DNA of 64,000 nt from a bacterium. Its GTDB lineage: Bacteria; RBG-13-61-14; DATKZS01. Location: the NCBI GenBank assembly GCA_963674965.2, contig CAXXFL010000006.1, positions 448,001 to 512,000 on the forward strand, read 5' to 3'. Numbering within the stretch: position 1 is the first letter of the stretch; the number at the start of each line of letters is the position of its first letter. Both the position numbers and the translations under genes were made by a program. Below are positions 48,377 to 58,982 of this stretch, piece after piece. The notes beneath the pieces are model-generated. The model saw only the letters and a list, made by a program, of their open reading frames with translations. It made no database searches and was not told the DNA's origin.

Positions 48377-49385
48377 GCGCGGCCTGACGGCGGCTTACTT
48401 CCAGAGCTTGCGCAAAAAACGCGCTCTTTTGCTCGTCCTGATTCTGTTGATTCTGATTGTGGCCGTGTACGCCATAGTCCAGGGGGCCTATGAGATTTCG
48501 ATAAAGGAAGTCCTGCTGGCCCTGACCGGACAATCCGAGGGACCAAATCGCGTGGTAGTGACCAGCATCCGCCTCCCGCGGGTCGCCGCTTCCATTGTCT
48601 GCGGAGTCTGTCTCTCCCTTTCGGGCTTGTGTTTGCAGTCGGTGCTGAAAAACCCTCTTGCCTCGCCCATGACCCTGGGTATAAACCATGGCGCCGCTTG
48701 CGGAGCGGCTTTGTCCATTGTCTTTTTCGGCTCCCGGGTATTTTCGACTACGGCCTTTGCCTTCATTGGCGCCATGTCGGCGACCATGGTCATTCTCGTT
48801 CTGGGCAGGCTCAAACGCCTGTCGGCCGAGGCCATTATTTTAGCCGGCGTGGCCATGTCGTCGTTTTTCCTGTCGGCCACCACTCTGATTCAATACCTGG
48901 CCTCGGAGACCGAGCTGGCCATGGTGGTTTTCTGGACCTTTGGCGACGTTGCGCGCTCGAGTTGGAAAGAGATCGGCCTTACGGCCGTTGCCGCTTTTCC
49001 CGCCCTGGTCTTGCTTTATATTTTCAGATGGGACCTTAACTCCATGGCCTCGGGGGAGGAGACCGCCAAGGGACTGGGGGTCAACGTTGAACGACTGAGG
49101 CTGGGGGGTTTAATCGGAGCCGCCCTGGTGGCGGCCCTGGCCACCGCTTTTCACGGGAACATCAACTTCCTCGGGCTGATCGCCCCCCATATCGCCAAGC
49201 GGATGGTCGGCGAGGACCACGGAATTCTGATTCCGGTCACGGTGGCGGTCGGGGCGCTGCTCATGCTCACCGCCGACACGGCGGGCAAGGCGGTGGTCGG
49301 GTCGGGCGCCCTGCCCGTGGGCGTGATCACCTCTTTTCTGGGCGCTCCCATGTTTATATACCTCCTGGTGAAGGGGTACAAATGA
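48369..49385 (+). CDS. FecCD/BtuC-family ABC transporter permease
   Basis: IRLPRV, LKNPLASP.TLGI..GA, FLGLIAPHI, PVGVITSFLGAP. Confidence 0.96.
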   Translation: MIERGLTAAYFQSLRKKRALLLVLILLILIVAVYAIVQGAYEISIKEVLLALTGQSEGPNRVVVTSIRLPRVAASIVCGVCLSLSGLCLQSVLKNPLASPMTLGINHGAACGAALSIVFFGSRVFSTTAFAFIGAMSATMVILVLGRLKRLSAEAIILAGVAMSSFFLSATTLIQYLASETELAMVVFWTFGDVARSSWKEIGLTAVAAFPALVLLYIFRWDLNSMASGEETAKGLGVNVERLRLGGLIGAALVAALATAFHGNINFLGLIAPHIAKRMVGEDHGILIPVTVAVGALLMLTADTAGKAVVGSGALPVGVITSFLGAPMFIYLLVKGYK

Positions 49386-50134
49386 GGCTTTCGGTTGAGG
49401 ACCTTCGATTTTCCTACTTCAGCGAGACCACGCTGGAGAACGTGAGCTTCACTCTTCATGAAGGCGAGATCATGAGCATCCTCGGGGTGAACGGGGCGGG
49501 GAAATCCACCCTGCTCAAGTGCGTGAACAGGATACTCAAGCCGAAGGGCGGCTCCGTCCTGGTCGACGGCGAGGACGTTCTGAAATTAGGCCGCAGGCGG
49601 ACGGCCCGGAGAATAGGGTACGTGCCTCAAAACTGCTCCGAAACGGGCCTCACCGTTTTCGAGACGGTACTCATGGGCAGAAGGCCTCACGTCCAGTGGG
49701 CCATGACCGACAACGACTATCGCCTGGTTGAAGAGACCATGCAAAGGATCGGCATCGAGCACCTGGCCATGCGGCCGGTCCATGAACTCAGCGGCGGGGA
49801 GGCGCAAAAGGTCGCTATTGCCCGGGCCCTGGCCCAGTCTCCCCGGCTGCTTCTGCTGGACGAACCCACCAGCAGCCTGGACCTGAAAAATCAGCTCGAG
49901 GTGATGGAGCTTATCCGATCGATTGTGGCCGGACGAGGATTGTCGGCCTTGGTCGCGATTCACGATATCAACATGGCCCTGCGCTTTACGGATAAATTCC
50001 TCTTCTTAAAGGACCGCGAGATTTTCGCCATCGCCGACAAGAACCGGCTGAGCGCGGAGATTATCAGCGAGGTTTACGGAGTAAAGGTGTCGCTGGAGGA
50101 GTTCGGCGGTAACGCCATCCTTGTCCCGCTGTGA
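49382..50134 (+). CDS. ABC transporter ATPase (iron-chelate/cobalamin type)
   Basis: [31 protein letters not shown]. Confidence 0.96.
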   Translation: MRLSVEDLRFSYFSETTLENVSFTLHEGEIMSILGVNGAGKSTLLKCVNRILKPKGGSVLVDGEDVLKLGRRRTARRIGYVPQNCSETGLTVFETVLMGRRPHVQWAMTDNDYRLVEETMQRIGIEHLAMRPVHELSGGEAQKVAIARALAQSPRLLLLDEPTSSLDLKNQLEVMELIRSIVAGRGLSALVAIHDINMALRFTDKFLFLKDREIFAIADKNRLSAEIISEVYGVKVSLEEFGGNAILVPL

Positions 50135-50150
50135 ATTCAAGGAGATGAAA

Positions 50151-51245
50151 ATGAAGAAAATCGCTCGCTTGTCGTTCCTGATGGTTTTATTAACGAGCTT
50201 CGCGGCCTTTGGCTCGGGCGAGAAAACCGTGACGGTCACCGACATGGCCGGCCGGGAGGTCACGGCCCCCTTTGATCCCGCGAGAATCGCGTGCATCAGT
50301 CCGGGAACGCTCAGGCTTATCGTATACCTCCAGGCGGAACAAAAGGTCGTGGGCGTGGAGGAGATGGAGAAGATGACTTCACGGGGTCGGCCATACTGGA
50401 TCGCCCATCCCGAGCTGGCCGAGCTGCCTCGATGCGGACCGGGAGGTCCCTCGAGCATCAACAAAAAGCCGGACCTGGAAGCCTTGCTTTCCGTCAAGCC
50501 CCAGGTGATTTTCGTAACCTACATGGACGCGGCAATGGCCGACGAGGTGGAGAAGACTATCGGCGTGCCGGTGGTGGTGTTGAGCTACGGGTCCTTTGCG
50601 ACTTTCGATGAAACGGTTTACGACGCCCTGCGCGTGGCGGGCAAGGTCCTGAATCGGGAAAAGCGGGCCGACGAAGTGGTGGCCTACATCGAGTCGCTGC
50701 GAAGGGACCTGGCCAAAAGGACCAGCGGGCCGGCCGATGCGGATAAGCCGTCCGTGTACGTGGGCGGCATTGGCCATCGCGGGGCTTATGGACTTGAAAG
50801 CACGGAGTCGAGCTACATTCCCTTCGATTGGGTGGGAGCCGACAACGCGGCGGAAAAAGCCGAGGCCGCGGCCGGGAGCCACGTGTTCATGGACAAGGAA
50901 ACCCTTCTGAAACTCGACCCGGACGTAATCTTTATCGACGGCGGGGGCCTGGTCCTGACCAGGAAGGACTATAATAAAAAGCCGGAATTCTACAACGCCT
51001 TGAAGGCCTTTCAAAACGGGCGGGTATACACGCTTTTGCCTTTCAATTACTACACCACCAATATAGGGACCGCCATGGCCGACGCCTACGCGATCGGCAT
51101 GATCCTTTATCCAGACCGGTTCGAAGACGTGGACGTGGAAAAAAAGGCCGATGAAATATACGGCTTCCTTGTCGGGTCCCCAGTATACGGGCGGATGAAA
51201 GAGGACTTCGGGCCCATTGGGAGCAAGCCGACCTTTTTGAAATAA
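50151..51245 (+). CDS. Periplasmic metal-chelate binding protein
   Basis: Signal peptide; TVTDMAGREV, EALLSVKPQVI, ETLLKLDPDVIFID. Confidence 0.92.
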   Translation: MKKIARLSFLMVLLTSFAAFGSGEKTVTVTDMAGREVTAPFDPARIACISPGTLRLIVYLQAEQKVVGVEEMEKMTSRGRPYWIAHPELAELPRCGPGGPSSINKKPDLEALLSVKPQVIFVTYMDAAMADEVEKTIGVPVVVLSYGSFATFDETVYDALRVAGKVLNREKRADEVVAYIESLRRDLAKRTSGPADADKPSVYVGGIGHRGAYGLESTESSYIPFDWVGADNAAEKAEAAAGSHVFMDKETLLKLDPDVIFIDGGGLVLTRKDYNKKPEFYNALKAFQNGRVYTLLPFNYYTTNIGTAMADAYAIGMILYPDRFEDVDVEKKADEIYGFLVGSPVYGRMKEDFGPIGSKPTFLK

Positions 51246-51311
51246 AAAGAGACCGCCGTCCGTTACGTTGCGTATCGATTTTTGATTCCGAACCATGTCC
51301 CGAATTATTCA

Positions 51312-51357
51312 TTGACAAGCGCGCGGTCGCGTGCTATTTTATTTAAATTCGTAACAA
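51312..51357 (+). promoter_or_regulatory. sigma70 promoter for the TonB-dependent receptor, overlapped by a GTGCTA-N15-TAACAA palindrome
   Basis: TTGACA (51312-51317), 17-nt spacer, TGn-TATTTT; half-sites resemble the operator at 46156. Confidence 0.55.
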
Positions 51358-51396
51358 GCCATTCGGCCTGACAATTCAGATGTATGGAGGGTAACG

Positions 51397-53628
51397 ATGA
51401 AGAAGTTTTTTAAGATTGCCGCGATAATCATCACATTGATCCCCTGCTCCCCGGTCCTGGCCGGGGAACCGCAAGAAGATGGAGAGCAAAACGCCGGCGA
51501 TGAATACGCCATGGAGGAGGTCGTGGTCAGCGGCGAAAAAATCGTCATTCCCACCAAGCAGACCGACGACACCGTCTATACCGGAGCCGAGGTCACCAAA
51601 GAGGGGATAAAGGCGCGGGGCCAGGGGGCCTGTGTCAGCGTTTACAACGCGGTGGACATCCTGCCCGGAGTAGTGGCGGAAAGCACGGACCCCTATGGAC
51701 TGGCGGCGGAGCAAAGCCAGATTCGCACCCGCGGGGTCCGGGGTTACCTGGGATCGATGACGGTGGAGGGCGTGCCCAATTACGGCGGCAACCCCATGGG
51801 ACCCAGGGACTATATCTACGACATGGAAAACATGGACGGTATCGCCGTGTACAAGGGAGCGGTCCCCGGAGACCTCGGCATCGGCGTGGGCGCGCGGGGA
51901 GGCGCGATCGAACTCAGGCCCCGCTGGCCGGAGGAGGAGTTCGGAGTCGATCTGTCCCAGTCCTTTGCCGAGAACAAGTACACCCGCTCGTTCGTCAGGA
52001 TGGACTCGGGCGAACTGCCCGGCGTGAATACCGCCCTGGCGGGGTCCTACTCTTTCAGCCAGACGGACAAGTGGAAGGGACCGGGAGAGATCGGTCCTCG
52101 CAACAACGCCTCTTTCATGCTCAGCCAGCCGTTGGGCGATCAAGACGTCATCAAGCTCTGGTACAACTACAACTACCTCAAACAGGACCTGTACCGCCCG
52201 CTTACCTACGATGAGGTCGAGGACCTGCACGGCAATTATAACCTTGATTATAACGATGAATTGACGGGGACCAAGGCGGACGACCTTTATTATTACGAGT
52301 ACAACCGCGGCAAGTACGCCAACCAGGACGTGATGGCGGTGGTACCCATATCTTTTTCCGATTCATTTCGCCTGACCTTCAAGCCCTACTACTCGGAGGA
52401 GGACTCGGAAATTTCCCAGGGAGTGGCTTCCATGGGCGGGAGCGTGCAGGTACGGACCAGGGAGATCGAGCGTTACGGCGTGATTTCCCAGTTGGACTGG
52501 AAGCTGCAAAGCATGACCATTGGCCTGGGTTACTTTTTCGAGTCATCGGACATGGAAATCGCCAACCAGTTTTACGACCCCGTCACCCTGGCTTTCAAGG
52601 GTTACGGAATGTACATGGAAAACGAATCTCCGGGACTGGTGAACAGCCCGTATATAAAGCTGGCCGGCGGCCATGACAAACTGGACTGGCAGGCTGGTCT
52701 CAAGTACTTCCACTACCGGGACCCGGAAAGCCAGGGCTACATTTCTCCCCCTCCCGATTATGTCCTGGTCAAGGCCGATGACCTGGTGAGGGAGGAAAAG
52801 GTGTACGAGGCTTACCTGCCCACCCTGGGCGTAAGCTATCACCTAAGCGACTCGGCGGAGGTCTACGCCAGTTACGGCAGGAATCACATCAGGCCCTACG
52901 CTTACATGCCGCTGATCAATCTGTACAACCAGAATAGGACCACGTTCCAGAACGCGGGCATTACCCTTGATGAACTGTTCGACAACTACGACATGGAAAT
53001 ATCGGACTCCTACGAGGTGGGGGCCCGTTTCCACGACGAGCGGATGGACCTGTCCGGGTCCTTGTTTTACGCCACGCACGATAACCTCATCACCCCGGTT
53101 TACGATCCCCGGGTGGACCTGACCTATAATCAGTTCGTGGGCGAGGCCGCGGGTTACGGCGTCGAGCTGGTCACGAACTTCTATCCGATCGATAATTTGA
53201 CCATCTTTGTCAACCCCGCCTACACCTCTCTGACTTATGACGAGGACATCTCTTACCAGGGCCAGACCCTGGAGGTCAAGGGGAGCCAGGTCGTTGACAC
53301 TCCGGAGTGGACGGTCAAGGGCGGCGCGATAGTTTCCCATGACGGCTTCGAGTTCGTATCGCGTCTTAGGTATATTGGAGACAGGTACGCCGACGTGGAG
53401 CACGAGGAAAAAATCGACGGATATTTCGTAACCGATCTGAAGCTGGGATACACGGCCAAAAATTACACGACGCTGGACGCGCTGACCCTGTCGGTCGAGG
53501 TAAACAACGTCTTTAACGAGGAATACGTTTCCAACATCAACTCTTCCGACACCACCATGGCCGGCGCCTCGAGTTTCCAGGTGGGAGCGCCCAGGACGGT
53601 CCTCTTTAACGTGTCGGCTGAATTTTAA
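51397..53628 (+). CDS. TonB-dependent outer membrane receptor
   Basis: Signal peptide, EEVVVSG TonB box, plug motifs (ILPGV, IRTRG, VYKGA), NNVFNEEY...GAPRT...terminal F. Confidence 0.96.
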   Translation: MKKFFKIAAIIITLIPCSPVLAGEPQEDGEQNAGDEYAMEEVVVSGEKIVIPTKQTDDTVYTGAEVTKEGIKARGQGACVSVYNAVDILPGVVAESTDPYGLAAEQSQIRTRGVRGYLGSMTVEGVPNYGGNPMGPRDYIYDMENMDGIAVYKGAVPGDLGIGVGARGGAIELRPRWPEEEFGVDLSQSFAENKYTRSFVRMDSGELPGVNTALAGSYSFSQTDKWKGPGEIGPRNNASFMLSQPLGDQDVIKLWYNYNYLKQDLYRPLTYDEVEDLHGNYNLDYNDELTGTKADDLYYYEYNRGKYANQDVMAVVPISFSDSFRLTFKPYYSEEDSEISQGVASMGGSVQVRTREIERYGVISQLDWKLQSMTIGLGYFFESSDMEIANQFYDPVTLAFKGYGMYMENESPGLVNSPYIKLAGGHDKLDWQAGLKYFHYRDPESQGYISPPPDYVLVKADDLVREEKVYEAYLPTLGVSYHLSDSAEVYASYGRNHIRPYAYMPLINLYNQNRTTFQNAGITLDELFDNYDMEISDSYEVGARFHDERMDLSGSLFYATHDNLITPVYDPRVDLTYNQFVGEAAGYGVELVTNFYPIDNLTIFVNPAYTSLTYDEDISYQGQTLEVKGSQVVDTPEWTVKGGAIVSHDGFEFVSRLRYIGDRYADVEHEEKIDGYFVTDLKLGYTAKNYTTLDALTLSVEVNNVFNEEYVSNINSSDTTMAGASSFQVGAPRTVLFNVSAEF

Positions 53629-53653
53629 TAACGGTAAGCAATGGAGACATGGA

Positions 53654-54205
53654 ATGGAAAACAACCCGGAAATATCCAAGCCCCTGGAGCTTTATCCCGT
53701 TGGCGTGGTAAAAAGTCCTATCAAAAAACCCATGCTCCACGCCGGCAAAACGGATTTGGAGCTTAAGGAGGGAATAGAGAGGGCCAAATCTCAAAGAAAA
53801 GAGATTGATGAAAACGTCGTCGAGTTGGTAATCCTTCCGGAAATGTCGGACCTCCTTGACGGCGTCGATGGATTCTCTCATATCCTTGTTTTATACTGGC
53901 CGCATTTGATCGACCAAGAGCGGCGTAGCCTCCTCAAGGTCCATCCCATGGGGCGCAAGGACCTTCCCATGCAGGGCATTTACGCCACTTGCAGCCCGGT
54001 CCGGCCCAACCCAATTCTGGTAACGGCGGTCCGACTTCTCGAAAGAGACGGAAACATACTCAAGGTAAAGGGACTCGAGGCGGTTGACGGAAGTCCCATC
54101 ATCGACATTAAGCCATATTCAAAGCATTACTATCAAGTTGAAAACCCAACCGTCCCGGCGTGGATGGAACAAATCCACCGCGAACTTGAAGAAGGAGGGT
54201 CTTGA
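53654..54205 (+). CDS. TsaA/TrmO (YaeB)-family SAM-binding protein
   Basis: PVGVVKSP, GFSHILVLYW.H, GIYATCSPVRPNPI, GLEAVDGSPIIDIKPY. Confidence 0.92.
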   Translation: MENNPEISKPLELYPVGVVKSPIKKPMLHAGKTDLELKEGIERAKSQRKEIDENVVELVILPEMSDLLDGVDGFSHILVLYWPHLIDQERRSLLKVHPMGRKDLPMQGIYATCSPVRPNPILVTAVRLLERDGNILKVKGLEAVDGSPIIDIKPYSKHYYQVENPTVPAWMEQIHRELEEGGS

Positions 54206-54831
54206 AAATGACGTCTGAAACCTCAATGCCGCCCACCGCCGATGAAATTTTTTCCGGTGAAGATTTCAAACGCTGCGCCGACTTTCACGGACATATATGC
54301 CCCGGTCTTTCCCTGGGATACAAAGCCGCCAGGGCCGGCATGGCCTGGCTCAAGGAGAACCGGTCCGAGGACGAGGAACTCGTGGCCATAGTCGAAACCG
54401 ACGCCTGTTCGGCCGACGCCATACAGGTCCTCACGGGATGCACTTTTGGCAAGGGTAACTTTTTTCATAAGGACCATGGAAAAATGGCCGTGACCTTCTT
54501 CAGCCGCAAAACGGGCCAGGGAGTGCGCGTGTCTCTTAAGCCCGGGGCTTTCGCGCCCGATCCCGAGCACGTGGCCTTGATTCAAAAATTTATCTCCGGT
54601 GAAGCCACCGACGATGAGCGGGGGCGTTTTCAAAAACTGCACCTCCAACGGAGTCGCGAAGTGTTGGAGACCCCTGACGGCGAGCTCTTCATTTGCTCGC
54701 CGGTTCGGACCGAACCCCCGCCCAAGGCCAGGATCGAGCCGTCGGAAATATGCCCCGTCTGCGGCGAGCCGACCATGCCTTCTAAGATGGAAACAACGGA
54801 TGGGCGGAGGGTTTGCAGGAGTTGTCTCTGA
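54202..54831 (+). CDS. FmdE-family protein with C-terminal zinc finger
   Basis: FHGHICPGL..G, VETDACSADAIQVLTGCTFGKGN, CPVCGE...CRSC. Confidence 0.93.
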   Translation: MKMTSETSMPPTADEIFSGEDFKRCADFHGHICPGLSLGYKAARAGMAWLKENRSEDEELVAIVETDACSADAIQVLTGCTFGKGNFFHKDHGKMAVTFFSRKTGQGVRVSLKPGAFAPDPEHVALIQKFISGEATDDERGRFQKLHLQRSREVLETPDGELFICSPVRTEPPPKARIEPSEICPVCGEPTMPSKMETTDGRRVCRSCL

Positions 54832-54832
54832 C

Positions 54833-55807
54833 ATGAGCGGGACGCCCCGCGAAAAGACGGAAACCGTTTCCTTCGGATGCCGACCTCACGGCCACGTATT
54901 GACGTCAAAGCATCAACGCGCCAACGAGCGCCGGACATGGTTGGTACTCGGCATTACGCTGGTCACCATGGTTTTGGAAATCGTTTGCGGCCTGCTTTTC
55001 GGATCCATGGCCCTGTTGGCCGATGGCTGGCCCATGGCCAGCCATGCCTTGGCCATGGGCGTCACCGCGCTGGCTTATTATTTGACCCGTAAGCACCAGG
55101 ACGATCCCCTATTTACGTTCGGCGCCGGTAAGATAGGAGACTTGGCGGGGATCGGCAGCGCTCTATTGCTTTGGTTCATCGCGGTCCTTATGGCCTATGA
55201 ATCCATTATCCGGCTTGTTCATCCCGTGACCATACGTTTCGGGGAGGCTATGATGGTGGCCGGCATCGGACTGGCCGTTAATCTTGCCAGCGCGATGATC
55301 CTCAAAGAGCATACCCATGAGGACGAACGAAATCACTGCAATCACGACCATAATATTCGAGCGGCCTATCTTCACGTTCTGGCGGACGCTCTTACTTCCA
55401 TTCTGGCCATCGTGGGACTGGGAGCGGGGATGCTGTGGGGTTGGTCTTTCCTCGATCCGCTGATGGGCATCGTGGGCGCGGCCCTGATCAGTCACTGGTC
55501 CTGGGGCCTGTTGCGGCGGACCGGCAACGTATTACTGGACAGGACAACCGACGAAGGCATGGCCCGCGAGATTTCTGACGCTATCTTTGCTTTTGATGGA
55601 GTCCGCAATGTCGATTTGCACGTATGGAGGGTGGGACCAGGGCATTTCAGTTCCATCGTCTCGCTTATCGCGCCGGACGGGCAAACTCCAGATGATTTCA
55701 AGTCCCGATTATGCAACGTCAGCGGTCTGTCGCACGTGACTATTGAAGTAAATCCATCCGCCGGAAATCAAAACATCAAGAGAGAAAAATATGCCGCCAA
55801 AACGTAA
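54833..55807 (+). CDS. dmeF: CDF-family Co(II)/Ni(II) efflux transporter, DmeF-like
   Basis: GSMALLADGW.MASHA, FTFGAGKI, DHNIRAAYLHVLADALTS, DLHVWRVGPG, SHVTIEV. Confidence 0.88.
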   Translation: MSGTPREKTETVSFGCRPHGHVLTSKHQRANERRTWLVLGITLVTMVLEIVCGLLFGSMALLADGWPMASHALAMGVTALAYYLTRKHQDDPLFTFGAGKIGDLAGIGSALLLWFIAVLMAYESIIRLVHPVTIRFGEAMMVAGIGLAVNLASAMILKEHTHEDERNHCNHDHNIRAAYLHVLADALTSILAIVGLGAGMLWGWSFLDPLMGIVGAALISHWSWGLLRRTGNVLLDRTTDEGMAREISDAIFAFDGVRNVDLHVWRVGPGHFSSIVSLIAPDGQTPDDFKSRLCNVSGLSHVTIEVNPSAGNQNIKREKYAAKT

Positions 55808-55852
55808 TGGGCGGCTTGCGTGAAGAACGTCTTTCAAGTAAAGGAGCATCAA

Positions 55853-56974
55853 GTGAAAAAAAAGATTTGTGGATCGATCGGAAAACAAAGGTATTCATGC
55901 TTTTGGCTGGTGATTTTGCTTGCAACGTTAAGTTTGTGCGCCTTCTCCTTTAAGGTCGTGACGGCGGCTTCCGTTTACGATTCATGGTCGGCTATTGGAA
56001 AAGTTGCCGCTGAACGAGCCTTGGGCATGATTAAACGGGCGGGAGCAACGCCCGCCAAGGGAAATCTCGTCGTCATCACAAACGCGGGATACGCGGAGGT
56101 GAAAGGGTCCTCCACTCAGGCCGCGCTCGATGGACTGTCGGACGCCGCGGGAGCAAGCAGGGGACGCAATACTCTCGTCGAAGTTCATTCCTCTCCCTGG
56201 TCCCCGCTCTGGTTTGCCGTTTACGATAAAGCCTCGGGTAACTGCGCGTACTTGGAGGTCAATCCGGATGTCGCGGAATTGTCAAAGGATGCATCGAATT
56301 TATTCAAGGTATCGGCGATCGAAAAAATCGACGCGGAACGTCTTTATAAAAACGCCGATGATTATAAAGCTATATTTAAGGAAAAAATATTTGGCGGCAA
56401 TGAGTTCAGGATCATTACCATAGCCAACGCCGTCTCCAAGGGAGCGCCTAACGCGGTCGTCAGGGCCTTCGAGTTCCACGACCACTACTGCCCCGGAGTG
56501 ACGTCGGGCGTCATGATGGCCAACTACCTCAAGAAAAATTTCCCGGCCGGCGATTCCGGATACTTCGTTCATAGCGTCGACCCATGGTGCAAGGAAGACG
56601 CTCTTATTACTCTGCTCAACGCGACGCCCGGTAAAAAAGGCTACGCGGTCAGTTACCCGAGCGACGAGGACAAGAAGGACCTGACGGAGGACGGTAAAAA
56701 AGCTTCTACCATCGTCTATCGCCAGAACAACGAGACCGGAATTTGGGAGGGAATGGTTCTGGCCTTTGACTGGAGCGCCGAGACCGGTTGCGAGCAAACC
56801 GGGAACATGGCGGTGGACAAGCTCTGCGCGGATATGTGGTATCTCGACCGCCTCGACCGCCCCGAGGATTTCGTCAAGGTCCTGAAAACCTTCGAGATGC
56901 CAAAGGACGTCTCGCCAAGAGATTGGGCCAGGCCGGGCGTGGACCCGCTGGAAAAGCTCGGCATGAAAAAATAG
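55853..56974 (+). CDS. Exported FmdE-domain protein
   Basis: Signal-like N-terminus; VITNAGY; EFHDHYCPGVTSG and PWCKEDA FmdE-type His/Cys motifs; AAGGAG RBS before GTG 55853. Confidence 0.8.
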   Translation: MKKKICGSIGKQRYSCFWLVILLATLSLCAFSFKVVTAASVYDSWSAIGKVAAERALGMIKRAGATPAKGNLVVITNAGYAEVKGSSTQAALDGLSDAAGASRGRNTLVEVHSSPWSPLWFAVYDKASGNCAYLEVNPDVAELSKDASNLFKVSAIEKIDAERLYKNADDYKAIFKEKIFGGNEFRIITIANAVSKGAPNAVVRAFEFHDHYCPGVTSGVMMANYLKKNFPAGDSGYFVHSVDPWCKEDALITLLNATPGKKGYAVSYPSDEDKKDLTEDGKKASTIVYRQNNETGIWEGMVLAFDWSAETGCEQTGNMAVDKLCADMWYLDRLDRPEDFVKVLKTFEMPKDVSPRDWARPGVDPLEKLGMKK

Positions 56975-57371
56975 CCGGCCCGTCACGCCGGTCGTCCCAT
57001 ATAAACAGCGGCCAATGAAAAGGATAAAGTTATTGTCGAGCGCCAATGGCCTTATTCCCGAAAGGAAGCGATCGCCAGGGACTTCTTTGAGGATATGTCC
57101 GACGAGAAGCGGTGGCCGGAATTGTCCGAGTGGGAATTCCCGATCGCCTGGAGGGCCATCCTTGAATTGGAACCGGCGTCCGGCAAGTGAAGCCCTTGGC
57201 CATAGTTTAGTCCTCCTTATCGCCATGCTTTTTTTGTAATAAAATTATCCCGCGGCGAGGAGGACTTTTCATTCAAAAGCTATCTTGGACAAGAGTGAAT
57301 ATTACTCAGGACTCAAAGCCGGGGGCTTTCAAGCGCGCGTTTATTTACAATCACTTGAGGCCGTTCATGGC

Positions 57372-58799
57372 TTAGCTTTTTTTCATGGGTATGTCCCACT
57401 TCTTCATGTATTTCCATATAGTGGTGTGACTGCATCCCAATCTTCTTCCCACCATTGACTTATTCCAGTCGCATTCCTCAAGGAGATTAACGAGTTCTTG
57501 CCGGGTCATATCTTTTCTTTTTTTCTTTTTCGCGTTTTGTCCGAGGTTGTTGTACTGTATTCTTCTAACCTCGACCGGAATGTCGAAAAGTTCAATCCGG
57601 TTATGCTTGCATATCACGAAGGCGTGCTCGATGGCGTTTTCGAGTTCCCTTATGTTTCCCGGCCAGTGGTACTCCATGAGGACCCTCATTGCTTCCTCGG
57701 AAATGCACGATATATCGCGGTTGTTCTCGCGGTTGAACCTTTTGATAAAGTGGTCGACCAGAAGGGGGATATCGCTTTTATGATCACGCAAAGGCGGCAT
57801 ATGAATCGTGAAAACCTTGAGTCGAAAATAAAGGTCCTCCCTGAACGCTCCCTTTTTTACCAGTTCCTCCAAATTCCTGTTAGTGGCGGCTATGACCCTG
57901 ATGTCGATCTTTCGTTGCCGGGATTCGCCTATCCTCTCGATGGCGTGGTCCTGGAGCACCCGGAGCAGTTTCACTTGGATGACGGGAGATATGTCGCCTA
58001 TCTCGTCGAGCAGGATCGTGCCGCCGTGGGCCTCTTCAAACCTTCCCACCCGGCTTCGAAACGCGCCGGTAAAGGCGCCCTTGACGTGACCGAACAGCTC
58101 GCTTTCAAGCATTGACTCGGGCAAGGCCGAGCAATTTACCATTATCAGCGGGTGCGGCTCCCGGGCGCTTTGATAATGGATGGCCCCGGCGGCCAGTTCT
58201 TTTCCCGTGCCGCTTTCTCCCTGGACCAGGACGGTGGCGTTGCTCGATGCCCCCGCTCTCCTGATGGCGTTATAGACCCTCTTCATGGGGAGACTTTCCC
58301 CAACGATGTTGCCCAGGCTGTGATGCAGTTTTTTATGTTCATTCTCGGCTTTGGCCTTTATCTTTTGAACCGAGGTTATATCCGTCACGCTCTCGACCGC
58401 TCCAATGATCCTGCCGTTTTTATCCTGGATCACGCGGGCGTTTTTAAGCACCGGCACGAACCACCCGTTTTTATGGCGGAGCATGCACTCCATGTCCTTG
58501 ATCTCGCCCTTGACGAAAAGTCCGCACGCTTCGACGTCGCTGGGGCAGACCTCTCCGTTCCTGTACTGGAACTGCAAAAGGCTGGGATGCTTGCCCAGCG
58601 CTTCTTCCCTTGAATAGCCGGTGATGTTTTCCATGCTCTTGTTCCAGAGAATAACGCGCGTAGCCCTGTCTATTACGAAGGCGCCGTCTGGAAAGGTGTC
58701 GATAAGTATTTCGAGAAGAGAAGACTCGAGGTCGTCCTTTATCGATTCCTGAAATTTTCTTAATACTTCCATTTTTTTGTTTTCCGGTATTTTAAGCAA
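57372..58799 (-). CDS. PAS-domain sigma54-dependent transcriptional activator
   Basis: PAS (WNKSMENITGYS.EEALGK), GESGTGKE, ESELFGHVKGAFTGA, WPGNIRELEN, C-terminal HTH. Confidence 0.96.
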   Translation of the reverse strand: MLKIPENKKMEVLRKFQESIKDDLESSLLEILIDTFPDGAFVIDRATRVILWNKSMENITGYSREEALGKHPSLLQFQYRNGEVCPSDVEACGLFVKGEIKDMECMLRHKNGWFVPVLKNARVIQDKNGRIIGAVESVTDITSVQKIKAKAENEHKKLHHSLGNIVGESLPMKRVYNAIRRAGASSNATVLVQGESGTGKELAAGAIHYQSAREPHPLIMVNCSALPESMLESELFGHVKGAFTGAFRSRVGRFEEAHGGTILLDEIGDISPVIQVKLLRVLQDHAIERIGESRQRKIDIRVIAATNRNLEELVKKGAFREDLYFRLKVFTIHMPPLRDHKSDIPLLVDHFIKRFNRENNRDISCISEEAMRVLMEYHWPGNIRELENAIEHAFVICKHNRIELFDIPVEVRRIQYNNLGQNAKKKKRKDMTRQELVNLLEECDWNKSMVGRRLGCSHTTIWKYMKKWDIPMKKS

Positions 58800-58982
58800 A
58801 GATTGAGGTGGATAAATGAAAAAAGTCCGGAAATTATTTTCTCGCCGCCAGGCGGAAAATATCCTCAGCCCGGCGATGGCGCGGCTGGAACCATCCGCTT
58901 TTTCGCGATTATAATTATTTTAAAGCTTATATAACATGATATTACGTTCGGCGCGTTTTTCAAGTATCCGCCTTTTTACATC

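Noticed and set aside
57000-57240. Short ORFs after the exported FmdE gene
   Set aside because: No RBS or motif support; at most an unidentifiable gene remnant
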